From contig CAWEGF010000025.1 in the NCBI GenBank assembly GCA_963808535.1, positions 213,660 through 277,659 on the forward strand: DNA of 64,000 nt. Reading direction: 5' to 3'. Numbering within the stretch: position 1 is the stretch's first letter; the number at the start of each line of letters is the position of its first letter. Below the pieces are notes generated by a model. That model had not been told where the DNA came from and searched no databases. It saw nothing but the letters and a program-made list of their open reading frames with translations. The translations under genes were made by a program, and so were the position numbers. Shown piece by piece: positions 8,845 to 17,373 of this stretch. This DNA comes from an uncultured Verrucomicrobiae bacterium. GTDB taxonomy: Bacteria; Verrucomicrobiota; Verrucomicrobiia; Chthoniobacterales; JAFAMB01.

Positions 8845-9900
8845 ATGTTGGAAATCTTTGGTAGTAGGCGACTTCAGGGCATCCGCAGGGTAAAGGCTCT
8901 GAATGCTGGGATGGTCCTTTTGCTGCTTGGAGCAACCCGACTCCTTGCTCAGCAGGGCTTGAACTCTATTTCTTCCGAGGTCGCACGAGTCTTTGAGGGC
9001 GCTAAGAATGCCGTGGTGCGCATTAAGGCCGAAGACGAACATGGCAAACTGGCCGGCACGGGTTTTTTCATCGACCCCAACGGCACGATTATGACTGCCT
9101 ATGCCGTCGGAGGTGAATCTCGAGACATTATTGTCGAGTTCGGTGACAATCGTTATCCGGCCGAACGTCTCGTCGCCGATCCACGCAGCGGTATTGCGAT
9201 CTTGCGACTCACTGCGACGACGCCTTGGCTACCCATCGGAGATTCGGATCAACTGAAGATGGCTTCGCCAGTCGTAACCATCGGCTATCCGATGGATCTC
9301 TCCGTAACGCCAACGTTTGGAATGATCGGCGGGTTTGACCTTAAATATTTGAACCAGTTTTTTAGTACGACCTTGATCCGGGCGAATATCGCTGCGCAGC
9401 GAGGCGAAGCGGGCGCCCCGGTTCTGAATTTGAAGGGAGAAGTCGTAGGCATCCTGATTTTTCCGATCGACAACCGGACCGCCTGTTACGCCCTGCCAAT
9501 GAAAGCTGCGGAAAAAGTCCGAACGGATTTCGTGCGCTTCGGCGAAGTGAGGCCGGGATGGGTGGGCGTAAACGTGGTGGAGTCCGAAGAACCGACCCAC
9601 GAGTCATCGGTGGTAATTCAAAGTTTCGCTGAAGGTTCACCCGGCGCCGATTCGGGGTTGCAACCTGGCGACATCCTGGTCCGAATCGGATCAACGCTTA
9701 TTCATTCGCCACCGGACGTGCTGAACGCTTCATTTTTTTTGACGGCCGACGAAGATGTCCCAATCACCGTTCTGCGAGATGGAAAAGAGGTTTCGGTGAC
9801 CGTCACTGCCGTAGAACATCCGACCTATCTGCGGCAAAAACTGCCGCTCTTTGCTCCCGCTAACCGCGAAAACACCCAGCGCTTCCGGGACAGCGATTAG
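8845..9900 (+). CDS. HtrA/DegS-like trypsin-fold protein with PDZ domain; catalytic triad positions all substituted (predicted inactive)
   Basis: 351 aa. Family blocks are recognisable but altered. GTGFFIDPNGTIMTAYAV stands where TNxHV is expected (His to Ala). DPRSGIAILRL stands where D(L/I)A(V/L)L is expected (Asp to Gly). GEAGAPVLNLKGEVVGI stands where GNSGGPL is expected (Ser to Ala). The PDZ-like C-terminus is intact (GWVGVNVV...GLQPGDILVRIG). Confidence 0.75.
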   Translation: MLEIFGSRRLQGIRRVKALNAGMVLLLLGATRLLAQQGLNSISSEVARVFEGAKNAVVRIKAEDEHGKLAGTGFFIDPNGTIMTAYAVGGESRDIIVEFGDNRYPAERLVADPRSGIAILRLTATTPWLPIGDSDQLKMASPVVTIGYPMDLSVTPTFGMIGGFDLKYLNQFFSTTLIRANIAAQRGEAGAPVLNLKGEVVGILIFPIDNRTACYALPMKAAEKVRTDFVRFGEVRPGWVGVNVVESEEPTHESSVVIQSFAEGSPGADSGLQPGDILVRIGSTLIHSPPDVLNASFFLTADEDVPITVLRDGKEVSVTVTAVEHPTYLRQKLPLFAPANRENTQRFRDSD

Positions 9901-10100
9901 TAACTCGTCTGTTAGTTGGAGCCCGCACGTGGGCTGCAAAAGTGTCTGGATGCTGGCTCGTTTAACTGTCCGTTTTCTAGCGAAATCGTCTCGTCCTGAG
10001 CCATAAATCGGACGTATCTGGCTCTGGTTCTGGCAATTAGCCGCCAAGACGAAAGTTATTGGCTTTCTTTTTACCTCCGTTTACTGTGCCAAACTTACCG

Positions 10101-10406
10101 ATGCCGAAAAACGACTCAATGGGAACGGGAACGGAAATCTCGTTCGAGACGGCGATGGAAAGATTGGAGAAAATCGTCGAGGAAATGGAGTCTTCCAAAT
10201 TGCCGCTAGAAGATCTGCTGGTGCGATACGAGGAAGGCATCAAACTGGTGGGCGTTTGCAACCAACGACTCGCCGGCGCAGAAAGCCGCATCGAAACTCT
10301 AAGCCGACCCGCAAACGGAAGACCACCGACATCAGGTGCCGCGAACCCTCAAGATCCACTCAAGGACTCAAACAAAATCAAGAATGAAGAAATCAGACTC
10401 TTTTGA
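10101..10406 (+). CDS. xseB: exodeoxyribonuclease VII small subunit
   Basis: ISFETAMERLEKIVEEMESSKLPLEDLLVRYEEGIKLVGVCNQRLAGAESRIETL is the XseB helical hairpin signature. The track start is 10059; I prefer ATG 10101. The C-terminal tail overlaps the dxs start. Confidence 0.8.
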   Translation: MPKNDSMGTGTEISFETAMERLEKIVEEMESSKLPLEDLLVRYEEGIKLVGVCNQRLAGAESRIETLSRPANGRPPTSGAANPQDPLKDSNKIKNEEIRLF

Positions 10407-12312
10407 ATCGCCCGCCGAGGCACGGATATTGGACGCTATTAATTCGCCGTCGGACCTCAGGCGCCTCGAGGAAGGGAGATTACCTCAGCTTGCGCAGGAG
10501 ATTCGCGACGAGCTAATTACGGTTCTTTCCCAAGTCGGTGGGCACCTCGGGCCGAATCTTGGGGTCGTAGAGCTGACGATTGCTTTGCACCGGGTCTTTC
10601 ACACTCCAAAAGACAAACTGGTTTTCGATGTCAGCCATCAGGGATACGTCCACAAGCTCTTGACGGGACGACGAGGCCGTTTCAACACCATCCGCCAATA
10701 TCAGGGATTGAATGGATTTCTGCTCCGCACCGAAAGCGAGCACGACTGTTACGGGGCGGGTCACGCCGGAACTTCGCTGTCCGCGGCGCTCGGCATGGCG
10801 GTAGCCCGGGATCGAAGAGGTGGCCGGGAAAATGTGGTTGTGGTGGCCGGTGACGCCGCCTTTACGTGCGGGACGAGTTACGAAGCGCTGAACAACGTGG
10901 CCGACAACACCAAGCGGCTGATCGTGGTCCTGAATGATAACGAATGGTCGATTGCCAAAAACGTCGGCGCGATCGCCAACTATCTAAACAAGCTGGTGAC
11001 CAATGACGCCTACAGTCATTTACACGAAAAGGCCGCTAAGTTCGTCGAAATGATCGGTGGCCGATTCGCGCAGCAATTCGTTCACAAGGTCGAAGAAGGG
11101 GTAAAACACCTGGTTCTTCCCAGTGTGATCTTTGAGGATCTGGGACTTCGCTACTACGGGCCAATCAATGGACATGACATTCCGTTGCTAATTCAGACCT
11201 TTGAATTTCTGAAAAGACAGAACGAACCTGTCCTGCTCCACATTATCACCCAGAAGGGCAAAGGCTACGCCCCGGCGATCGCCAAGCCGGATAAATTTCA
11301 TGGCCTCGGAAAATTCAAGTTGGAAACTGGCGAAACGACCGCCACTACGACCCCAACTTATTCCGAGCTCTTCGGCCAAACCCTGGCAAAATTCGCTGAC
11401 CAGAACAACCGGATCATGGCGATCACCGCCGCGATGCCTTCGGGTACCGGACTGTTCCATTTCGCAGCCAAGCATCCCCAGCAATATTTCGACGTTGGGA
11501 TTGCCGAAGAACACGCTGCCCTATTCGCCAGCGGCTTGGCGACAGAAGGGTTTAAGCCGTTTCTGGCGATTTATTCTACCTTCATGCAGCGGGCCTACGA
11601 CATGCTGATCCACGACATCGCGCTGCAGAACCTGAATGTCGCTCTTTGTATGGACAGAGCCGGATTATCGGGGGATGACGGGCCGACTCACCATGGTCTT
11701 TTTGATATCGGTTACCTTCGACACATCCCAAACATGGTGCATATGCAACCAAAGGACGAAGAAGAGTTCGTCGACATGCTTTGGACGATGGTGAATTATC
11801 ACCAAGGCCCGATCGCCATTCGATACCCCCGTGGCGCCGGCACTGGAGCAAAACCAAAGCCACAGCCCAAATTGCTGGAGATTGGGAAAGCCGAAGTCGT
11901 CCAGCACGGGCGTCAGGTGGCATTAATTGGGCTTGGAAACATGTTTTCCCTCGCGCAGGAGGCCGCAAAAATTCTGGAGAGCGAAGGGATCTCAGTCGCC
12001 TTGATCAACCCGCGTTGGATTAAGCCCCTGGATGTCGGCACCCTGGAATTCTTTGCCCGGGGAGTTGAAGTGATCTGCACGTTCGAGGACCACGTCTTGC
12101 ACAATGGCTTTGGCTGCGCGGTTATGGAGCATCTCTCTGAAGCCAGGATCACCACGCCGGTCGTTCGGATCGGGTGGCCGGATCAATTCATCGAGCATGG
12201 CACGATCCCTGTCCTACGAAAGAAGCATGGCATTACCGCAGAGGCGGCGGTTGAGAAGGTCAAACCGTTTCTGAAAATCCCTCGCAAAGAGAGCCCGCGC
12301 ACCGCGGCTTAG
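10384..12312 (+). CDS. dxs: 1-deoxy-D-xylulose-5-phosphate synthase
   Basis: Motifs GGHLGPNLGVVELTIALH, FDVSHQGYVHKLLTGR, GHAGTSLSAALGMA, GDAAFTCGTSYEALNN, GIAEEHA and PTHHGLFD are present. The track start is GTG 10336; ATG 10384 (MKKSDSFESPAEARILDAINSP) fits the usual N-terminus. Confidence 0.9.
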   Translation: MKKSDSFESPAEARILDAINSPSDLRRLEEGRLPQLAQEIRDELITVLSQVGGHLGPNLGVVELTIALHRVFHTPKDKLVFDVSHQGYVHKLLTGRRGRFNTIRQYQGLNGFLLRTESEHDCYGAGHAGTSLSAALGMAVARDRRGGRENVVVVAGDAAFTCGTSYEALNNVADNTKRLIVVLNDNEWSIAKNVGAIANYLNKLVTNDAYSHLHEKAAKFVEMIGGRFAQQFVHKVEEGVKHLVLPSVIFEDLGLRYYGPINGHDIPLLIQTFEFLKRQNEPVLLHIITQKGKGYAPAIAKPDKFHGLGKFKLETGETTATTTPTYSELFGQTLAKFADQNNRIMAITAAMPSGTGLFHFAAKHPQQYFDVGIAEEHAALFASGLATEGFKPFLAIYSTFMQRAYDMLIHDIALQNLNVALCMDRAGLSGDDGPTHHGLFDIGYLRHIPNMVHMQPKDEEEFVDMLWTMVNYHQGPIAIRYPRGAGTGAKPKPQPKLLEIGKAEVVQHGRQVALIGLGNMFSLAQEAAKILESEGISVALINPRWIKPLDVGTLEFFARGVEVICTFEDHVLHNGFGCAVMEHLSEARITTPVVRIGWPDQFIEHGTIPVLRKKHGITAEAAVEKVKPFLKIPRKESPRTAA

Positions 12313-12347
12313 GGTAGGTAGCAATGGAAGATCTGCCGCTTAGAAAT

Positions 12348-12378
12348 CAGAATGCAGCTCTTGTAGACTTGCATTCTG
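12348..12378 (+). terminator. stem-loop downstream of dxs (possible terminator; no U-tract)
   Basis: CAGAATGCA (12348-12356) pairs perfectly with TGCATTCTG (12370-12378) across a 13-nt loop, 36 bp after the dxs stop. No T-run follows, so terminator function is uncertain. Confidence 0.3.
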
Positions 12379-12395
12379 AGTCTCGCGCAAAATCA

Positions 12396-12465
<70 letters not shown>

Positions 12466-12469
12466 CCCC

Positions 12470-13490
12470 ATGGGAATTGCCATCGTCGCCGACGCCTTGT
12501 CGAAGACTTATCGAACCTACAGAAAACAGGAGGGTCTCGGGGGTGCTCTTAAAGGCTTGTTCGCCAGGAAATACGACGAAATTTCCGCCGCCAAAAATGT
12601 TTCGTTCCGAATCGAGGAAGGCGAATTTGTCGGGTTTTCTGGGGCCGAACGGCGCCGGAAAAACAACTGTCTTGAAGATGCTCGCCGGCCTTCTGGTTCC
12701 GACCTCAGGAACCGCTCGAGTGCTGGACTACATCCCGTGGGAACGGAAGGCTCCTTTCAAGCGCCAATTCAGCCTTGTCCTCGGCCAGAAAAATTCTCTC
12801 TGGTGGGATTTACCTGCTCATGAATCACTGGAGCTCAATCGAGCTATTTATGAAATTGAGGAACGCAAGTTCAGGAAGATTGTCGACGAGCTGGTCGACC
12901 TCCTGGATGTCCGCGATAAACTCAATGTCATGGTCCGGGAACTGAGTCTTGGCGAGCGAATGAAGATGGAGTTGATCGTTGCGCTGATTCACAGTCCAAA
13001 AATCTTGTTCCTGGATGAACCCACCATCGGATTGGACGTGGTCAGCCAGAAGAAGGTCCGCGACTTTTTGCGCCATTACAGCGAGGAAAATCGGATTTCC
13101 ACGGTGCTGACGAGCCACTACATGCAGGATATCGAAGAACTCTGCAAACGGGTGATCATCATCGACCACGGACAGGTGTTCTTTGATGGAGCTTTGGAAG
13201 AAATCATCGAGAATTTTGCCGGGCACAAACTGCTGCGATTTACCTTCGACAAAACTCCCTCCTGTTCATTTGAGCCGGGAGAAATCATCGAACGCACCGA
13301 AACTTCAGTTAAGTTGAAGGTTCCGCGAAATAAAGTGGCGGAGGCTTGTCGGCACATTCTTTCGAACTGCGAAGTGCACGACTTCAGCGTGGAAGAGGAA
13401 CCCATCGAAGAGATTATTCGCCAGGTATTTTACGATCACGCGGCAACCAGCCGACTGGAAAACCAGGAAGCTATCGTGGCCAAAGGCTGA
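12470..13490 (+). CDS. ABC transporter ATP-binding protein (ABC-2/DUF990-partner type), split by an apparent +1 frameshift at T4 12635-12638
   Basis: The frame of 12470 reads MGIAIVADALSKTYRTYRKQEGLGGALKGLFARKYDEISAAKNVSFRIEEGEFVGF, then turns to junk. The frame of 12477 continues LGPNGAGKTTVLKMLAGLL (Walker A), LSLGERMKMEL (signature) and ILFLDEPTIGLD (Walker B). Deleting one T restores GEFVGFLGPNGAGKTT. There is no permease gene adjacent. Confidence 0.8.
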
Positions 13491-14151
13491 GCTCCCGGTT
13501 AATCAAGGAGGCCGCATAGGCCGCTCCGAATCCGTTGTCGATATTGACCACTGTCACTCCGCTGGCGCAACTATTTAGCATGGTCAGCAAGGCTGCGATT
13601 CCGCCGAAACTGGCACCATAACCTACACTGGTCGGAACAGCGATCACCGGCGTACTGACCAGGCCGGCAATGACGCTGGGCAAAACACCGTCCATTCCAG
13701 CAACCACAATTGCGACCGAGCACGCTTCAATTCGCTCCCGGGCCGCCAACGCGCGTTGGATTCCGGCCACCCCGACGTCCTGGATGATTTCGACACTATT
13801 CCCAAAGAGCTCCAGGGTCACTCGAGCTTCTTCGACTACCGGTCGATCAGTGGTTCCCGCACTGACCACCGCCACTTTGCCAGCAAGACGTCGGAGTGGC
13901 GTTCGCTCGACGACGATACAGCGCCCGATCGCTTCAAAACGAGCGTCGGGCAGGCTTTGCAACACTTTTTCGAAATGGTCTATCCCAGCGCGGGTCGCTA
14001 ACGCGACCCCGTTTTTTTCCACCAGCGTGGTGAGAATCAGCGTCAGATCATCCGGGCTCTTGCCCTCCGCCAATGCCGCTTCCGGAAACCCTCTTCTTTC
14101 CAACCGGTCGACGTCCACTTTCGCAAAACCCAAGTCGAGAAAGCCGGACAT
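13471..14151 (-). CDS. larB: nickel-pincer cofactor biosynthesis protein LarB (PurE-like AIR carboxylase fold)
   Basis: 226 aa. Motifs AVVSAGTTDRPVVEEA, VVAGMDGVLPSVIAGL and VIAVPTSVGYGASFGGIAALLTML are present. Its 3' end overlaps the convergent ABC ATPase gene by 20 bp. Confidence 0.8.
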   Translation of the reverse strand: MSGFLDLGFAKVDVDRLERRGFPEAALAEGKSPDDLTLILTTLVEKNGVALATRAGIDHFEKVLQSLPDARFEAIGRCIVVERTPLRRLAGKVAVVSAGTTDRPVVEEARVTLELFGNSVEIIQDVGVAGIQRALAARERIEACSVAIVVAGMDGVLPSVIAGLVSTPVIAVPTSVGYGASFGGIAALLTMLNSCASGVTVVNIDNGFGAAYAASLINRELSLWPR

Positions 14152-14156
14152 AAAAG

Positions 14157-14663
14157 CTATTGAGGGGGCGGCAGACGAAGTTCAGCGGCGGCGCCCAAAT
14201 AAAGGCGCATCGGAACCATGTCAGACCGGTAAAAACCGTGCTTCTCGAAAAAGGTCAGCGATCCCTCGCTCATCCGGTCGGTCAGGAGTGTGATGCGCAA
14301 AAAACCTTTTTGCTGCGCGTAGTTGAGAGCGTATTTCAAAAGTTCGCTGCCCATTCTCTGGCTTCGGAAATTTCGGGAGATAATCAAATCTTCCAGCAGA
14401 ATCACAAATCCGCCTTCGGCGGTACTGATCGTGAACAGCAGATTGATCATCCCGATGATCTGGTTGGCACTACGAAGTACGAAAATGCGCCCTCGGCTCG
14501 GCTGTTCCAGAATAAGACGCAGGCCGCGCATCTGATTATTGTAATCCGGTCGGAAATCTCGCTCTTGCGAAAAGAGCTCCATCAACAATTCCGCGAGCAG
14601 CGGAAGATCCTCGATGGTAGCCGGTTCGATGCGGGTCAGTTCGTGCATGAGACCACTAATCAT
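14157..14663 (-). CDS. GNAT family N-acetyltransferase
   Basis: 168 aa. It has the acetyl-CoA motif A region ISRNFRSQRMGSELLKYALNYAQQKGF and a C-terminal FFEKHGF. Confidence 0.75.
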   Translation of the reverse strand: MISGLMHELTRIEPATIEDLPLLAELLMELFSQERDFRPDYNNQMRGLRLILEQPSRGRIFVLRSANQIIGMINLLFTISTAEGGFVILLEDLIISRNFRSQRMGSELLKYALNYAQQKGFLRITLLTDRMSEGSLTFFEKHGFYRSDMVPMRLYLGAAAELRLPPPQ

Positions 14664-14763
14664 TGCAAACGATTACTATTTCTCAAAGTGAATTTCCTGC
14701 CCGAACGAGTGAAAACCTCTCGACCGGCGCACGGCTCCAACGCAATTTATTAACCATCCGTTA

Positions 14764-14842
14764 GGGAGAGGTCTCAGAGGGGGGAGAGGAAGGCCACGGA
14801 GAGGAATTATTGACCACAGAGACACAGAGAACCCGGAGTTAA
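14764..14842. repeat. half copy of the CCACAGAGACACAGAG repeat family
   Basis: The sequence is gggagaggtctcagaggggggagaggaaggccacggagaggaattattgaccacagagacacagagaacccggagtt. The same module order is seen at 24187, 47927 and 53281. Confidence 0.8.
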
Positions 14843-14930
14843 GGATCTAAACGGAAAAAACGAAACTGGAGCGATAGAATCAAACCCTCGTGATCATATT
14901 AAAAGTCTCCCTTGGAACTGACTTCGATTT

Positions 14931-15549
14931 ATGACCTGGCTATTGATTGCCGTGCTTAGCTATTTCATTGGCTCGATCCCCAGCGGGTATTTGATAGCCC
15001 GCTCGCAGGGGGTCGACATCCGACAACACGGAAGCCGCAACATCGGCGCCACCAACGTCCTCCGGGTGATGGGCAAGAAATGGGGATACCTGGTCTTTCT
15101 TTGCGACTCTTCCAAAGGGTTCCTGGCTGTCAAGCTAGGTTTCTTGATCGCAGCTCACTCTCTCCAGAGTCCTGTTCTCGGTGAAGTGATCGCGGCTATC
15201 GCTTGCATTTTAGGGCCATAACTATACCCTTTGGCTCGGTTTCAAAGGGGGGAAAGGAATCGCCACCTCGGGCGGCGTTATTCTGGCCTTATTTCCAATT
15301 GCCGTTATTTGCTGCATTGCATTTGTCTGGGTCATCGTTTTTTACTCCAGCAAATACGTTTCACTCGCTTCGATTGCCGCAGCAGTAGCTCTACCTTTTT
15401 CGGTGTTCCTGTTTGTCCCCAAAACGGGAACGGAGTTCTGGGTGGTGTTCGGCTTTTCGCTCCTCGTTTGCGTTTTGGCCGTTTGGCGTCACCAATCCAA
15501 TATCGTGCGCCTAATGAACGGCACGGAGACTCGTTTCGGAAAGAAATGA
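14931..15549 (+). CDS. plsY: glycerol-3-phosphate acyltransferase PlsY, split by an apparent +1 frameshift at GGGCC 15213-15217
   Basis: The first frame reads MTWLLIAVLSYFIGSIPSGYLIARSQGVDIRQHGSRNIGATNVLR...ACILGP then stop. From 15217 the next frame reads HNYTLWLGFKGGKGIATSGGVILALFPI...WRHQSNIVRLMNGTETRFGKK then stop at 15547-15549. Together these give a full-length PlsY with the FKGGKG motif. Confidence 0.85.
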
Positions 15550-15580
15550 CGGGTTACCTCTCGCTCGATTTAACCGTTCA

Positions 15581-16579
15581 ATGGACACCATCTCGATTAT
15601 CGGCGGCGGTGGCTGGGGGACGGCCCTGGCCATCATGATCGCCAGGAACGGTCACGCGGTCCGGTTGTGGGTTCGTCGGCAGGAACTGGCCGAAACTCTC
15701 GACCGGGAACGGATCAACCATCAATATCTACCTGGAATTCCAATTCCGCCGTCGATCCTCATCACCAACCAGCTTCCTGAGGCCGCCGAAGCGGATGTCA
15801 TCTTGTTCGTGACCCCTTCCACCGCGCTTCGGCAAATTGCCGAGTCCCTTGCCAGCACGGCTTCTGTCCAGCTTGGCACCACTCTGATTTCAGCCGTCAA
15901 GGGCATAGAATATGGAACTGGATCGCGGATGAGTGAAATCATTGCGGACGCGTTTCCCGATCATTCGATAGCCGTCTTGTCGGGGCCCAATCACGCCGTG
16001 GAAGTTGCTAATTTTACGCCAACTGCCACGGTGATCGGCGCTTCCCAGGAAGAGATTGGAAAACGTCTACAACGAATCATTTCCAGCAAATCCTTCAGAG
16101 CGTACACCAGCCCCGACATCGTCGGAATCGAAGTTGGCGGCGCTCTGAAAAACATCTTTGCCATCGCCGCGGGAATCGCCGACGGCCTGGGTTTGGGCGA
16201 TAATTCGAAGGCGGCGCTCATCACCAGATCACTGGCCGAAATGGCGCGATTGGGCACTGCCCTGGGCGGTAAGCGAGAGACTTTTCAGGGCTTGAGCGGG
16301 GCGGGCGACCTCATCGTGACCTGTTTTAGTCGCCACAGCCGAAATCGACGAGTCGGGGAGCGGATCGGTCGTGGGGAACAGCTGAAAGACATTCAAAGTT
16401 CGATGAAAATGGTGGCCGAAGGAGTGTCGACGGCCAGAAGCGCCAAAGATTGCGCCGATCAGTTTGCCATCACCACCCCGATCATCAACGAGGTCAATTC
16501 AATCCTCTATGAGCACGCTTCACCGGCGGCGGCCATGGAACGCCTGATCAGCCGCGCCTTCCGGCCTGAAGAAGATTAG
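15581..16579 (+). CDS. gpsA: NAD(P)H-dependent glycerol-3-phosphate dehydrogenase
   Basis: 332 aa. Motifs IGGGGWGTALA (Rossmann), SAVKGIE, GGALKNIFAIAAGIADG and SRHSRNRRVGERIG are present. It sits next to plsY, as is common. Confidence 0.9.
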   Translation: MDTISIIGGGGWGTALAIMIARNGHAVRLWVRRQELAETLDRERINHQYLPGIPIPPSILITNQLPEAAEADVILFVTPSTALRQIAESLASTASVQLGTTLISAVKGIEYGTGSRMSEIIADAFPDHSIAVLSGPNHAVEVANFTPTATVIGASQEEIGKRLQRIISSKSFRAYTSPDIVGIEVGGALKNIFAIAAGIADGLGLGDNSKAALITRSLAEMARLGTALGGKRETFQGLSGAGDLIVTCFSRHSRNRRVGERIGRGEQLKDIQSSMKMVAEGVSTARSAKDCADQFAITTPIINEVNSILYEHASPAAAMERLISRAFRPEED

Positions 16580-16581
16580 AA

Positions 16582-16695
16582 GTTGCCAGTGTCAGTTGGC
16601 AGACGGAACCAGGAAGTTGCCAGTGTCAGTGGTCGGTCGTCAGACGGAACAAGGAAGTTGCCAGTGTCAGTGGTCAGTTGTCAGACGGAACAAGA
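16582..16695. repeat. tandem repeat, 3 units of 34-41 bp (GTTGCCAGTGTCAGT...CAGACGGAAC(C/A)AGGAA)
   Basis: Units start at 16582, 16616 and 16657, directly after the gpsA stop codon. Confidence 0.85.
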
Positions 16696-16831
16696 GGCTC
16701 TGATAAATTTTGAGTGCACTCATCGAGGAGAACTGGCAGGTGTTGATGATCATCGTCGCGGTGCAAGCTCCGGCAATCGTCCTCGTCGTCGTAGTTGGTC
16801 CTCGGTTGGGGAACTAAAGTCTGTTGCGAAA

Positions 16832-17147
16832 CGTCCCGGAGGGACGGTGCGATCGTAGCCTGGCACGAAGTGCCTGGAACAAGCCCCCACAAAAAGGCCG
16901 TCCCGTAGGGTACGGCGTGATTCCGTGCAGGTGTGCGCACCGGTTCGATGATTGGAATGAGGAAATCTCCAACCTTTCAAAAAGAATATTAAGCCTTCTT
17001 AAAGAAAAAACACGGCTCACATTACGACGAGAAATACCCTCTGGGATTAGCTGCCCAGATCATACCGTACCCTACGGGACGGTTCTTTTGAGGGGTGCTT
17101 TCCAGGCACTTCGTGCCAGGCTACGATCGGGTTGTCCCTCCGGGACG
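16832..17147. repeat. REP-like composite inverted repeat (about 84-bp arms flanking a ~150-bp core)
   Basis: The left arm, cgtcccggagggac..gcctggcacgaagtgcctggaa..ccgtcccgtagggtacgg (16832-16915), is mirrored at 17065-17147. Each arm is itself built from small hairpins. The ORFs called here are Arg/Pro/Gly-rich and look spurious. Confidence 0.8.
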
Positions 17148-17373
17148 GAGGTGTTATTTAGCGGCACCCCAATCCTCAATGGATCGGTGCAACTAAAGCG
17201 CATCTAAGAAGGAGACGTGCCTCTTCCACTACCACCTACCCCCGTCCCTCCACGAATCTATTCTCGGTTGGCTCCCCTGCATTATGGCGGTGATCGCTAG
17301 TTATAGCTGGTTAGCAAGCCCCATCGGATTTCCGTCTCACCCTGCTCAACATCGGTCGAAGGAAGGACTATTG

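Noticed and set aside
10059-10383. The longest-ORF starts for xseB (10059) and dxs (GTG 10336)
   Set aside because: The extensions encode sequence that is hydrophobic or unlike the family N-termini. The internal ATGs at 10101 and 10384 give N-termini of typical length. Both remain possible.
14160-14753. 197-aa plus-strand ORF, and the similar antisense ORFs 37161-37691 and 13670-14293
   Set aside because: They are antisense to genes with clear family motifs (GNAT, Gfo/Idh/MocA, LarB), and their composition is Arg/Ser/Pro-biased.
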